Source: Dendronephthya gigantea (lineage: Eukaryota). Taken from it: 64,000 nt of DNA. Made by a program: the position numbers and the translations under genes. The first letter of the stretch is position 1. Each line of letters begins with the position of its first letter. Where the stretch lies: assembly GCF_004324835.1 (NCBI RefSeq), contig NW_021163026.1, positions 2,099,271 through 2,163,270 of the forward strand, in the 5' to 3' direction. A model generated the notes under the pieces. That model had not been told where the DNA came from and did no database searches. It worked only from the letters and a program-made list of their open reading frames with translations. This document shows, one piece after another, positions 46,825 through 59,517 of this stretch.

Positions 46825-49800
46825 ATGAATATTTCGAGCAAACTTTTCGACACTAACGGGCATTTGTTGCCGCCGGAGAAAACCAATATCAGACCTCTCG
46901 ATCCACTCACGAAAGGCCGAGCAAAGAGTCCTTCCCGTCGGTCACCGTCAAGACTTGGGAGGCAAAGCTCAGGAAGCGAGCTGAAACTCCCTAATTTTGT
47001 GCAGGAAGTAACTCAAAACTCCGAGTCCTCGGGTGATATCCGTGTGGCGAGCCCAACGGCTGTAAGAGCTGAATATTTTACTGTGGAAAAACATCGTATT
47101 TCAACGGATACCTCACCCAGTCATGGCAAACACTTGATAAATCACCATTTGGCAAAGGACTCGACAAGCAAGTTTAAACTAAGGTATTGTTCTTATCAGA
47201 CTTCTGATTATTTGATATAAACACACTCAGTTCCTTGTTTTGGACCCATTCATATGCATTGAAATGAAACAATTATACACATTCCAATAAAAATTCGAAT
47301 GATAGAAAAGTATTTCAGCTATGTCAAGTGCGAATATATTGAAAGAGATGCTGGCAGTTGGTCTTGTGTTGGTTGGTAAATATAACTTTGTTCTTTCATT
47401 TGACGCAGTGTGTTGTCTAAATCGAAGGGGAAATTCAAAATGGAGTCAGGCATTTCAAATGAAGGAGCTGTTGCATTAGAGGTTTGATCGATTGCTACAT
47501 TTCACAAGATATATAAAGTAATAATCTTTGTTTACAAATGATCTAATCTAGCTTCAGATGTTTAACCAAAACAGCTTTATTAATAGACATTCAAAATTAG
47601 TTTAGTTGATATTCTTTGATCATATTAAGAATTCATCAAATTGTTTTGAGTTCCAATCGAATATTAAGGCCAATATTATCGCGGTATTAAAACTTATATG
47701 ATATCGTTCAACCGAGTTTGAGATATGTTTGTTATACTGTAAGCTCAAGGAAGGAGTTTTATTAGTAGTTTGTTTAAGTGACTTATTCTGTAATAATCTA
47801 CGTTTGTCAACTGTCATTGTGTTCATACAAAGCTTTGACATCCAATATCATTTTGAAATATAATAGTTTTATGATGGTAGCTTGATCCATCTCATATGGC
47901 CAGATCTCAAAGTGTTGATAAATATGCCATACCCAATTGCTATTGAGTTAAAAAAAACAGGGTAAAAAATAGGCATGTTATTCATAAGTTGAAACTTCTA
48001 ATATATGGGAAAGAGGGGATTAATAATTTGATAAGGAAGTGAAGGAATGAAAATAATTGTAATTTGAGAAGTAATTATTAGGCATGTGACAATCCTCCTT
48101 CATTTCTTCAGCCTTATTCTTCTTCCTGTTTGAGAAATACTCGCTGGATGGCGGATATTTCTAAGAAAAATATATGTAACAACACATATTACAATACAGT
48201 CCAGTAAATTTCAAAGCACAAGGATAACAGTATTCAATTTTTCACTTGCATATTGATTAAAAAGTTGTTGGAAAAGCCAGTCTTGAGTTGGACAATAGAA
48301 GATGTTGGCATATGGCTGGATGAGATTGGTTTAAACAAGTTGAAAGAACATTTTATTGGTAAGTATCAGACCCACTTACTAGGATGTAAATCTTCATTTT
48401 ACATAACAAAATCCTAACACTTGTTTTTTTAAACTAGATCGTAAAGTTTCTGGTAGAACACTTCTTAATCTGAGCTACGAAACACTTGGTAAGATGATTA
48501 TTAGAATGTTTTACAAATTGATTGAATTACAGCTTATTTCTTATGATGTAAGCCTTATTAACATGTGATTTACAATTTGTCCATCATGTGATTTTGCAGA
48601 AGAACTGAATCTTTCGGAATCCAGTGAAGAACGAGAGCACTTCCTCTCAGAGGTTTATCATCTTCAGCAGGAAAGCGGCCATATTGATGACGAAGAAGAA
48701 CAAATGATGGACAAAGAAATTGAAGGTCTGTGATGCTGGAATATTTGTCTTAGAAACTAGAAAGGAGACACAAACTATGTATTCACTTGTTTGAGGCTAC
48801 AACTGTTCTATAGTGACTTTAGTTGTAATGCATGATCAATGATCATCATATTTTTAATAAATCAATGATCATATCACCTGAAAATGTATTTATATATGAT
48901 AAAATGCCATCTTCATTAGATTGTGTATATAGAATTTGTTTATAAATTCTATCTAATATGAGTGGGACATGCTTGAGTTAAATTATTTGTTATTGTTTCT
49001 GAAGCTCTTCAAAGTGGGTTAAGAAATTGTTTTCAACCAAAACACCTTCATATCATTCAGCATCAAAATACAACGCTCTTTCCTCAATATAGAAACATTA
49101 AGAGGAGGTGTAAATGGACAAGAAAACGGCCATGACCGGACTCATATCTTGGTGAGTGGCAGCAGTGATCTCACACCTACTGATTCGTTCGCATCATCAA
49201 AAACGGCCAGCGACAATACACCCTCGCCTACGTCAGAAATGTCGAACGATGCAGTTCTAAATTCGAAAGACGAACCAGTTAGTCCTAAATCAACCGATCA
49301 AAATAAACCAGAACCGTCTCGTCATACCATTACAAGCAATCAGGTGAGCGGTTGTCTGCGATCTTTTCCATCTTTCCAACGGAGTCTTTTGTATCAGAAA
49401 CTCCATAATTGCACATCTGGATCTTTCAATTCTTTCAACAAAAAAGGGAAATGATACATTATTTCATTTTAAAAGCTTTCGCCGACGAAAATAAGGGCGA
49501 AAAAGGATTCCTCAAAGCAAACATCGAAGAAAACAAAGCCTCGTGGAACAAGGTATGATCCGTGCCGAAAATTGTGGTAAAAAATTCCCAAATTCTCAGT
49601 CTGCATACCAAGGGATATAGCCTAATATTCCAGGTAAAACAAGGAGCTATCTAGAAAATACATTCCTTCATTTGTTTACCTCTGTGGTCAACAAGTTGAT
49701 TTGGGACCTCTTTACCACTATGTGCGTCCAAATAATGAACGTATTCATATAAAATTTATTAATATTTTGCTGTTTGGTTCGTTTTTGTTGCAGAATTTCT

Positions 49801-52800
49801 CGTCTCTTCAATTCTCGCAGCAGTCACAAAGATCCGTCTCTGCTTAAAACGGCTCCTCCGATCTACAAGAATGCTTTTCACAATCTCATGAACACCGGAC
49901 CACAAGGTGTCATCAAAGTTTGGACTGAAATGTTTCTCACAGACATGCAGTACGTCAGTTTGTTAGTAAAACACGAAGCAACCGCATTTGAAGTTATCAA
50001 GATGGTGTTGGAAAAATCAAACGCTAAAGAAGACCCGGAGTGTTATCGAATTTGTGAAATAAATGAACATAAAAAAGGTTGGTAATATCCGTGTATTTCT
50101 TTACGTATAAAACCAGACATGTACTAATGAAAAAAATACCAATTTCCTTGGACTTTTTCCCACTTAACACATGAGATGAACTCTGGAGATATTTCTTTAT
50201 TGCAGAATATATTTTGGATCGAAATGAATGCCCGCTTCAGCGGGAAAGAAAGTGGTCTGACCCGGATAACTGTAGGTTTGAACTGAGATGGCGCAATGAA
50301 AGACTAATTGAGGTATTTTAATTTCAAGTCTTATGGTTGTAACATGCAATAATCTGTGCAGATAAATATACTAAAAGAATGGATGAAAATTCATCTTTCT
50401 ATATTTTTTCTGTAGTGGGGATCCACTGCTGAAGATTTATCAAAGAGGGCGATTAATGAGGTGAGTTACAGCATGTGCGATTTTCGTCTTTTGATAGATG
50501 TGAACGAGTAATAAGTTACGAATGCTCTGATGTGTAAGAGCTCCTATTTGAACATCAGTAACTAATTCACTCGTTCACATCTATCAAAAGAGGAAAATCG
50601 CGTATTAAATCGCAGCAAAAATTGCAAGTGTAAACTGGTCTTTCTTAGCCAAAACTAAGGTGGTTTTAACGGAAGTATACATGGACCTCAGACACAGAAA
50701 TGAACGATGCATAGCATACTCCCTCCTCGTTCAAATCAAATATTCTGATATGTCCAGTTATTTAAGATATATTTGTTTTTAAAGGAACCTCCTCACCAGG
50801 GAAATCAGGACGAGGTTCAACCTAACAACACGTCAAGTCCTCCCTCGAGTGTTTCCACATCAGAGGGGGATTCTCCTTTATCCAACGAGAAAAAACGCAA
50901 TAATGTCATGGAAACTGAGTTTGCTTATGTCGTGCAATTGGATAACGAGAAAGAGGAGAAAGAGTCTGAAATTGATACGAGAAAGTCTGAGGTCAAAGAA
51001 GAAACTACCCCAAATGATTCCCAGAATGCTTTAGACCCCTATAAAGCTGGTGATCCAGACTCTCTACAAAATGCTCCTGTGAGACTGGTTTCCTCGTGCC
51101 CTGATCTTTCCAAGAAAGATGCGATTGATGGTGATCCGGAATACGGGAATCTTATTGTTTCTAAGAATTTTGGTTTCTTGAACGCTGAAATGGCTGACCT
51201 AACGGCTATCGACGATGAGCCTACGACAAATCTCGATAGCTCGTCGTCCTCCTCGGAAGAAATCGACACCTCACCGACCGTTAACGAGTTTGAGTACTCG
51301 CAGCAGCTTCGTAGATCTTCGAAGCGGCTATCCGACCGTTTGAGGTTTCAAGGAAAGCCGATCATTGAGGGACAGGCGGTTGAGATAGGGATAAATGCGA
51401 GCAACTTGGATGAAACGAGGACAGTAAAGGATAGCATCGATGGGAACGATGGTGAAATAGGGAAGAATGGTGGACTATCAATTGATAGAAGTGAAGGTAG
51501 TAATGGGTTACCAGGGGATCTTCTTGAAATTACCCGAGCAGATTTGAGCGCTGGAGGGGAAAATGCCTCGGATATTTCCGAGGCAAAGGTTGTTATGAAT
51601 GGGCATGCGCATGTAGACGAGACCACGGTAGAGCAGCCTGGGAGTGAGGCAGCGCTACCTGGGAACGAGGTCTCCCCTCCTGTAATTTCGCCAGAAGTTC
51701 TGAAAAGGATCGAGGAACTCGAGAATGAAAATTTACTTTTAATCGAAGACAATCGTGAGCTAAAAAAGAACTGCAGAACTTTTGAGGGAAGAAGCCGACT
51801 AAAAGAGCGGGAATTAGAAGAAATGGAATTAGAAAAGAATGATTTGACCCATCAGGTGCAACACATGGCTGTCGAGCTACACTCGTTGAGAGCGACCAAC
51901 ACCGAACTTCGTGCGGAGGTTGACGAGGCCAACACGAAACTTGGTGATGTCGATGGCTGGGTCACGCGGGACGTGTTCGAGGATATTCGTGGACAGTTGT
52001 CCGTGAGCGCCGAGGAATGCGATAAGAAAGATGAGGAAATTAGAGAAATTGAAAAGAAATGTAAAAACCTAGAAATGGAGAATAAGAAAATGCAGGAACT
52101 TGAAATGGAAGTGGATAAACTTAACGAAAGAATAAAAGAGGACGGGAAAGCGACGGAAGAGACAAGAAAGAAGTTGAGAGATAAGGAAAAGAGTGTATTA
52201 GAGCTCGAACTGAAAGTTGAAACATTAGAAAATTCCTTACAAGAAAAGGAAGGCAAGTTAGCTGAAGTGGAGGCTGAGGCAGAGGGTTTACGGAAGACTG
52301 GTGCAGAGGTGAAAAAAGATTTGCAGAAGAGAGTTTCTGATCGGGAATACGAGATCTTGATTATGAAGGAAGAGAAAAAGGAGCTTTGTGTGAAGATGAA
52401 AAGTTTTGAAAGCAATGTAGAAACATTGCGAGAGGAAATGAAGAAAAAAGACGCAGAACATGAAGAAGCCATTGCTGAGATTGAACGACAGACCGCCATT
52501 AAAGATGAGGTGTGTTTTTGTCATGTAGAGTTTTATCATGTTCTTAAAGATAGCAGCTATATTAGCTCTTCTTTAGGGACCTTCATCTTCCTAAGTTCAT
52601 GAACTTGAATTCATCACAAGCCCAGCATATTCCGCTTGACTTGACGAATGCTGAATATTGGTTATATTTTATAACAGCAATTGTATGCCATTTTTACAGA
52701 GTCTTTCGGTGATGGTGTCCAATCTCGAGGAACTTGTAAACGAAAGAGATATGAGAATCAAGCAGTTGAAAAACCAAATTGCGCTCTCGGTAAGAACATA

Positions 52801-53072
52801 CATTTTGATGGAAGTTCTGTTGTTTTTCACTAGATACGATTTGTCAATGAACCTTACTTTACAACACGAACTACCTGTGTGGGCATCGTCAGCATAAGCG
52901 ACTATACTAACCGCTTACCTTTCTGTTCAAGGGCACGCCTCAAAGTGAACTGGAAGCGAGAGAACATGAGTACGAGCAGAATAAGGCGTATCTGAAGCAT
53001 TTGATTGCTTTAGTCCGTGAAAAAGACCCGACAATTTTGGACGGCTTGAATAAGAGCCTCAGTTCCAGGTAA
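46825..53072 (+). CDS. Large SAM-domain + Ras-association (RA)-domain protein with a long acidic/coiled-coil region (Ste50-like domain order); 13 exons, ~1140 aa.
   Basis: Exons 46825..47183, 47409..47481, 48265..48358, 48437..48487, 48600..48725, 49093..49343 (an alternative in-frame donor exists at 49151), 49475..49551, 49794..50077, 50206..50312, 50416..50460, 50785..52509, 52700..52789 and 52932..53072. Total 3423 nt (1141 codons), phases consistent. The SAM-like segment is LSWTIEDVGIWLDEIGLNKLKEHFIDRKVSGRTLLNLSYETLEEL. The RA-like segment is GVIKVWTEMFLTDMQYVSLLVKHEATAFEVIKMVLEKSNAKEDPECYRICEI...WSDPDNCRFELRWRN. The 575-codon exon is Glu/Lys-rich, with heptad-like LEMENKKMQELEMEVDKLNERIKE. 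The first exon, the acceptors at 48265 and 49475, and the terminal exon are the weakest parts of the model. Confidence 0.6.
50478..50599. mobile_element. MITE-like element, 122 bp, with ~32-bp terminal inverted repeats; same family as 30207..30317.
   Basis: TIRs CGATTTTCGTCTTTTGATAGATGTGAACGAGT ... ACTCGTTCACATCTATCAAAAGAGGAAAATCG. It lies in the intron after exon 10 of the SAM-RA gene. Confidence 0.65.
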
Positions 53073-54111
53073 TGTCGCAATTAATCAACTGATCTCATGC
53101 TACACTGGATTTAGCAACTGTTACACTGTAGTTCTTTTCTTAGAATTATAAGACCTGCTAAATAATTCTAGAATTCCTGGATATTATAGTCAGTAGAAGA
53201 CACGAGTGAATTGACTGCTTTATTTGTTTAGAGACTCTGAAGACTGGTGTTAAAATCATCAGTCATTTTGACTCTCCTGTCATTATTTCACGTGATCATC
53301 ACATGCAACATGCAATACGAATCATCATTGAAAGCCTCTGTAATACGTAGTATTTAAAATTAGTTTTGTAATATGAATAATTTGCGCCTAAGATTGTTAT
53401 AAAATAACTATTTGTTGAGACTATTTCACAAGTTGAGTTGTATTTAATTGAGGTTATTTACTTGAAAATGGTTGAGTTGTATTTGTAGACGTCCAGTAGC
53501 CCAGTTGTCCAGTTACGTATTGCGGTCTGCGCTGCATGCAACTTACTGTACTATAGATATATGCTACAATTGGTGTGCATGTATCACAGACTGCGATATT
53601 AAACTGGACACATACTTCTAGCTTACTTAAGGTAGAGATGTCAAAGGGCCTTGAATCAAATTGGTTGGTAATGCAACAGTAACAGCGGAGAAATTAAATT
53701 TATCTCCGACAATTCAAATATATGGTTCATGTGTCTTCTAGCTGATTATAGTTAGACAAAAATCATTACAGCACGAGTAGTTTTTCTAGAAAGGAATATA
53801 GTATTTTATATTTTATTACGCACAGAATACATCAAAATTTTATACTAGGGACATAATATCTGGAATAATATGAAACAGTAAACTGAACAACTTTGTTTGT
53901 CTTTTTCATTTAAAACATTTATTATTCATAAATACGATTATGCTTAAATCCAGTTGATAACTTAAAACGTCCTAGTTAAACTTACACCAAGAATTCTTGT
54001 AAATATTCCTCCCTATATATTACGACCAAAATTATTCCTAAAAGTTTCTACAAGCGCCCCCCCCCCCGGCGAGGAAAATAAGTATATCTCAGACTCTCAG
54101 TATGTCTATGC

Positions 54112-57100
54112 TTAGGAGTGGCTAAAAGTTTGATAGCCCCCCTGGCTGTCGACGTTCAGCGACGGATTTTTCCGACGGCGCCACGTGAACAGCGCGATGA
54201 GCAATACCCCGACCAATAACGTGACACCAACTGTAATTCCGGCCGTTGCACCTGCGCTCAGGCTGCCACCCTTCGATGAGCCGCCTTCTTGTTCTTCCTT
54301 TTGTGCTTCCATTCTTTCCCGGAGGTTTTCAACAGCTCCTTTTGATGGGTTGATTTTTCGTAATGACATGTTCATTGACATGCTAAAGTGAAAAATAGAA
54401 GAGTGTCAGCTTTGTCGCTCGCATTCAGTTAATATAAAGAGATCTGTGGCGAAGTAAGGTAGGGTGCCATACATTATGCACAATCTACCTTAGAGTCAGT
54501 TCCATCCATTTCTCTTTGTGGGCATCAAAACGTACGAAAACCTTGTTTGTGTCATTGTTTTCAATCATCAGCGGGAACATAACTGCCTTGTTTCGACTGG
54601 GTTTCCTGTGGAACGGAGGTCGCTTGATGGTTGGTAGTCCTTGTGACGTCAAAAAGTTTGCTTTGGTACAGTAATTGATTTCACAGTCCTCATCAATCAC
54701 TGCCAGATGTTGCGAGTAGCCGCGAGGGCAATGCTTCGGAAATGCTGGAGGTCCATTACTCATGACATACTTAACCAAACCTGAAAAATGATTCCTTTGT
54801 AATGAATAGCTTTATCAATTCTAAACTGTTCTTCCTAGAGATCCAGTAAGGATCATCTCTCATTGATCCAGTGTTACTACAGGAGGAAACCTAAACTAAA
54901 CTAACTTTATTTGTACTGGATAGCTCTTTCAGTTCTAAACTGTTCTTCCTAGAGACCCAGTAAGGATCATCTCTCATTGATCCAGTGTTACTACAGGAGG
55001 AAACCTAAACTAAACTAACTTTATTTATACTGGATAGCTCTATCAGTTCTAAACTGTTCGTCCTAGAGACCCAGTAAGGATCATCTCTTATTAACCCAGT
55101 GTTACTACAGGAGGAAACCTATACTAAACTAACTTTATTTATACTGGATAACTCTATCAGTTCTAAACTGTTCTTCCTAGAGGTCCAATAGGAATCCCCA
55201 TTTTATCTCTTGCTTGTTCCACTGTTTTTAGTGAAGAGAAGAAATTACCTTTACGAGAGGTCATTGCCAGGGGGTTGCCAGCTGAACAGCTCATAAAACC
55301 ACCGAATGGAATGCTATACTGGGCTCCCAGCTCATAATCATCACTGATACATACATACATATCTTTAGGACCGAATCTCTGGGGGTAGTACTTGACCGGA
55401 CACTTCTTAGCTTTGGTAATAATGTTATTAGTTGTGTCACTGTAAAGACCACCAAATAAATAACCTGGGAAATACAAATGCAGATAAATGAAGCACGTTG
55501 TTTGGGAGAAACATTCTTCAATTCATAACCCCACCTACCAGATTCCTGTGGGACACTCCCCTCCGCCGCACACCAGAAGGTTGAGTAAACTCCTCCACCG
55601 CAGTTTGTGTCACATGATCTAAAGACCCACCAACCATGACAAGAGGTTTGACAATGCGTAGCCAGCGTTCCATCGTGTAAGCGGATAGCCGTGTAACCAG
55701 CGGGGCAGCTAAAAAAACAAAAGGCTTTGAGCGGATCTTTCCTGGTTTCTATGCACTGGCTAATTTGCCGTCACAAGACTCAAAGTTCAACGTTTATTTC
55801 CACCCCTTTATAGGTAAAATCATTCCGAGTTTCTCATGTTACCTGTATCCTTGTGTCTTGGGGTTTTTCTGCGTGTAACCCACACACGGGTCGGAAGGTG
55901 GTGAGCCAGTTGGTGAGCAGGTCTGGTAAACTCCTCCAAATGTGAAATTGGTTAACAGTGTCTTGCAGGAATGGTCGTCTAAATTCGCTTGGAAGTTGAA
56001 GTTTGGCGAGTCCGCATCAGTGCAACCTGAAGATAAAAATGATGTGAAGGTTTCTTGCTCTCCTCTTTTAGAAAACATGGCCAGGAAATTATATTTTGTA
56101 CAAGAAAACAACTTCAAGATCGTACCTGTAATGGCGTTATTTTTGTAATATCTTTGAAGCGATTTCAAAACCAATGCACTCAACTTGAACGTTATCGTCT
56201 CGGGTAGTTCAGGCAGAGCTTCAGTTGTGATGAGGTAATGCAACGGGTCTCCTTCCCGATCGATAGCTACGAGATTATTTACGAGATTTTCCTCCCAGTA
56301 TGAAATGGAGAAATTGTCGCGAATCGGAGGACCTCCGTAGGTGTAGACTGAGGAATCCATGACACTCTTTTTGTATGTGTCGCTGACTGTGTGCGTGTTT
56401 AAGTGAGAAACCGATCCTGATGCCCCAAATGTTCCAAAGAACGACGCGCTCGCTGAAGCTGTGAAAATATAAAAGACAAAATGAAATTGGAATTGTAAGA
56501 CTTAGATATTTCTCAGGTCCAAGAGAAAACCTGGGAGTTTGATACAGAAAACATTGCCCTTAATGTTACACTATGTTTTCTAAGGTGGGAGGACTTCAGT
56601 CTTCATGGAAGAACAACAGTTCTTAAGGTAAACCAAATTTCATTTCAAGAAAAAGCGTGGTCTTGTGAAGACCTGTGGGAATCACACTTGGTCCTGGTTT
56701 TGCATCGATACCAAATGTTTTCGTTTTCAACGAAGCAAATTCGTGTTCCGCAGTAATATTTTCATGGATGACGAACATGAAAACATCTGAGGAACCAGCA
56801 ACGTTTTGTGAATGTCTTGTTGTAGGAAATATTGTTTTCAATGTCTTGGCAGCAATGTTTTTTTGGTCACTCAGAACTTTGGACTTGTTCTGTTATACAT
56901 ACAAGTACTTTTTTTTGGGAACAGCACTTCTGGAAGACACTGACCTTTCGTTTCCTGTCGAGTTGTGTCCTTAGATGCGATGTACGTTTTCAGAATGTGA
57001 TCCATCTTGGCCAGAACTCCCCCTGAGTCAACACGCGTGATGTAGTGCGTGCCGTAATCACGCACCAAGATATCCGCAAGGAAACGAGCCACGCGCATGT

Positions 57101-58293
57101 TCTTGTTCTGAAGATGCGCGGCAATATCCAGAAGCCTGGTCTTGAATTTCGGGTGGAGTTGTGGATCCGGTTGAAGATACGCAGCGTACATTCGATATCG
57201 CAGGGTGACCCTAGAGGTGACCGTCTTATCTTCCACCTGAAGAAAGTACGCAGTTATCATTACCTAGAACTTGCGCTAAGGTTTTTGCCCAAACTCACGC
57301 TAGTTTTGACACAGGTTTTCCTGATCTTGTATTGTAAGGATCCCGCTCAATTTGAAGCTGGTGAGATGATATCAGTTTGACAGAACCTCGTGCAAGTCCA
57401 TGCCTTGCTTTTCGTTTTAAAACAGGGTTCCACTCAGGAAAATTATCCTCAGAATCGGTCTGGACAGGAAAGTTGTTATGTCTTTCAGCTCTCGATCACA
57501 ACAATGAGATTTTGACACAATTAATGCATTCTGTCCGATCCGGTCCGGTCCTGAGGTTTATCTTCCTGAAAGGAAACCGGCTTGCATCCATTTTGCATGG
57601 ACTCTAGAAGTTGAGCGACTGATTTCATTCACGGCAATTCTTTGTTTAGAAATTATATGAAACATGAAATAACATGATTCATACGCGAAATGTATTTTCA
57701 TAACATCAATCATTTTTCTCAAATGAAGGCGAATATCATATTGTTGTTTTTGTTTTAAAAAAAACTCCTGTCACGCACGGCTTGTGCAGGGTTCCGGCAG
57801 AATCCGGGCTACTGACCTGGTGAGTCTTAATCTCACTATATTCTGAGGAAAACGATCCGCTAATGCTGCCAAAAAATGACTCGTGAGCTTCAACATTGAC
57901 CGTTGTTGAAGTCGTTGAGGTGAAGTTAGTCCAGTGATCGATAATTTCGGAAAACAGCGACGCTTTGCTTTCTTTGATCGGTGTAACAAATACGTCGTCC
58001 GGTATCAAATATCGTCCGTCCTCGGTCGTACGACATTGGGAATAGTTGAACAATGCTACCATTCCCGATACACGATTTCGTAAATTATCCCAACCTAAAC
58101 CGGGAAGTGTTTCAAGTCTTGGCGCGGAGTAGCCGCTCAAAATGCAGTTCCTGAAGTCGCCGATCGGAAAACTTGTCCTTAAACCAGAAGCTGGTGTCCC
58201 TGCATCTTTGCCTTGCGTTTCTTCAGCATTGCTGAAATTGACAAGGCAGAAAGCGAGCAAAATACAAGCGATACGGAAGCTGTGGAGCTCCAT
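54112..58293 (-). CDS. MPEG1: MPEG1 / perforin-2-like MACPF pore-forming protein, 9 exons, 777 aa, with a signal peptide and a C-terminal TM anchor.
   Basis: Exons on the minus strand: 58293..57817, 57236..56945, 56786..56688, 56458..56126, 56026..55843, 55708..55539, 55464..55249, 54780..54489 and 54382..54112. Total 2334 nt, phases consistent. The translation is collinear with vertebrate MPEG1: LPGLGWDNLRN...NYSQCRTTEDGRYLIPDDVF, the MACPF signature YGTHYITRVDSGG, VAIDREGDPLHYLITTEALPELP, GCTDADSPNFNFQANLDDHSCK..TNFTFGGVYQTC, SCPAGYTAIRLH, YELGAQYSIPFGGFMSCSAGNPL, and CPRGYSQHLAVIDEDCEINYC. It ends with a TM segment ITVGVTLLVGVLLIALF and a basic stop-transfer RRRK. Confidence 0.88.
54795..55200. 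repeat. 113-bp satellite family, ~3.5 tandem copies in reverse orientation, filling most of MPEG1 intron 7.
   Basis: The units are the reverse complement of the 22108..22400 repeat (…TTCTAAACTGTTCTTCCTAGAGATCCAGTAAGGATCATCTCTCATTGATCCAGTGTTACTACAGGAGGAAACCTAAACTAAACTAACTTTATTT…). Confidence 0.8.
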
Positions 58294-59287
58294 GTTCTAC
58301 AGCTTGACAAAAATGATTAGCCTGTCAAATTTTCCAGCACTTTCCCTTTCGTGTTTATTTATGTAAATTTTTTTGCGACTCGGTCACAAGACCCAATGAA
58401 ACATGATCCTTTCAAAAGGTTTTGCAATACACGGAAGTTATATTGCTTCTGTATCCAAATTTGAAAAATGAAAACACAATCATATGATTTGCAGCATGCA
58501 GAAAGTAACATGATTCCACAAATAACTTCGTGCATTGCTCAAAAACGAAAGTTCAGAGTCGCAAACAGTTTGACTCCAAATCATAAACAACGAAAATTAA
58601 ATATTAAAGTTTAAATAACCAGTGTGAAAGTGAAACGAATATAAAATGAGCGTGAAACTCTTGTGGATTTAACTTTGTCGACTGAATCAAGTTGGGCGAC
58701 TTTATTTTTCATCTGCGTATGTCATCAGCAGACGACAAACGTGAAATTCGTAGACATTCTGGAAGTCTCACATAAAAAAAAGCAGGCTCGGAGCACGTTG
58801 AAAGAGTTCCTAGCTTAGTGATGAATGCATTGTCGTCCGATCCTTTTTCCCAGAAGTAATTATCCCTTCCCCTCAACGCTATTGGATACAAGAATAAACT
58901 GAAAATGTTATTTTATTATTATTAATTATTTACAATTTCGATACGAAAACTCCCTAAAATATTTGTACATATATCCTTTATTTCTTTGTCCAACAACAAC
59001 GCACGAGCCGATCAAACATAATGCTTTGAGAGTCCGTCTGTAAATTGACTTTACATTCCTCTTTTCTGGCAAAAATGAATTCTAGAAATCTTCATTCTTC
59101 GATTAAACGGGGTTTTATATTTCTTTCTGTCCTTTTATAGTGTCATGTTTTATGCGCGGGTAGGTCTGTGATAACACCAGACATTCACGACACGACTTCA
59201 CTAATATTTCGCTTTCATACTGCACTTTTGGAGCGAGTAAGCTTTCACACTGCATCGCCAAGATCTGTATCTGTAAGAAAGATCAAT

Positions 59288-59470
59288 AATGGTTATTATA
59301 GGCAGCTTAGTTTAGGTTTGCTCCTGTAGTAACACTGGATCAATAAGAGATGATCCTTACTGGATCTCTAGGAAGAACAGTTTAGAAATAATAGATCTAT
59401 CAGTATAAAGAAAGTTTAGTTTTCTATCTATGGTAACATTCAATTTGAAAGACATGATCCTTATTGTATC
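59288..59470. repeat. 113-bp satellite family, ~1.5 copies, 3' of the RNF13-like gene.
   Basis: Matches the repeat unit at 22108..22400 (…TAGTTTAGGTTTGCTCCTGTAGTAACACTGGATCAATAAGAGATGATCCTTACTGGATCTCTAGGAAGAACAGTTTAGAAAT…). Confidence 0.75.
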
Positions 59471-59517
59471 CTTAGCAAGAATAGTCGTAGAACTGCTATG
59501 AACATCAAATAAAGTCT

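Noticed and set aside
51039-52539. Long antisense ORFs (76-215 aa) opposite the big exon of the SAM-RA gene.
   Set aside because: They are Ser/Phe-rich antisense translations of a GAA/AAG-rich coiled-coil coding region, the usual codon-bias artefact.
54112-54381. Stand-alone 89-aa single-TM ORF.
   Set aside because: It is the terminal exon of MPEG1. It joins the upstream exon in phase via TTTCACTTTAG|C, and it is homologous to the MPEG1 TM/cytoplasmic tail.
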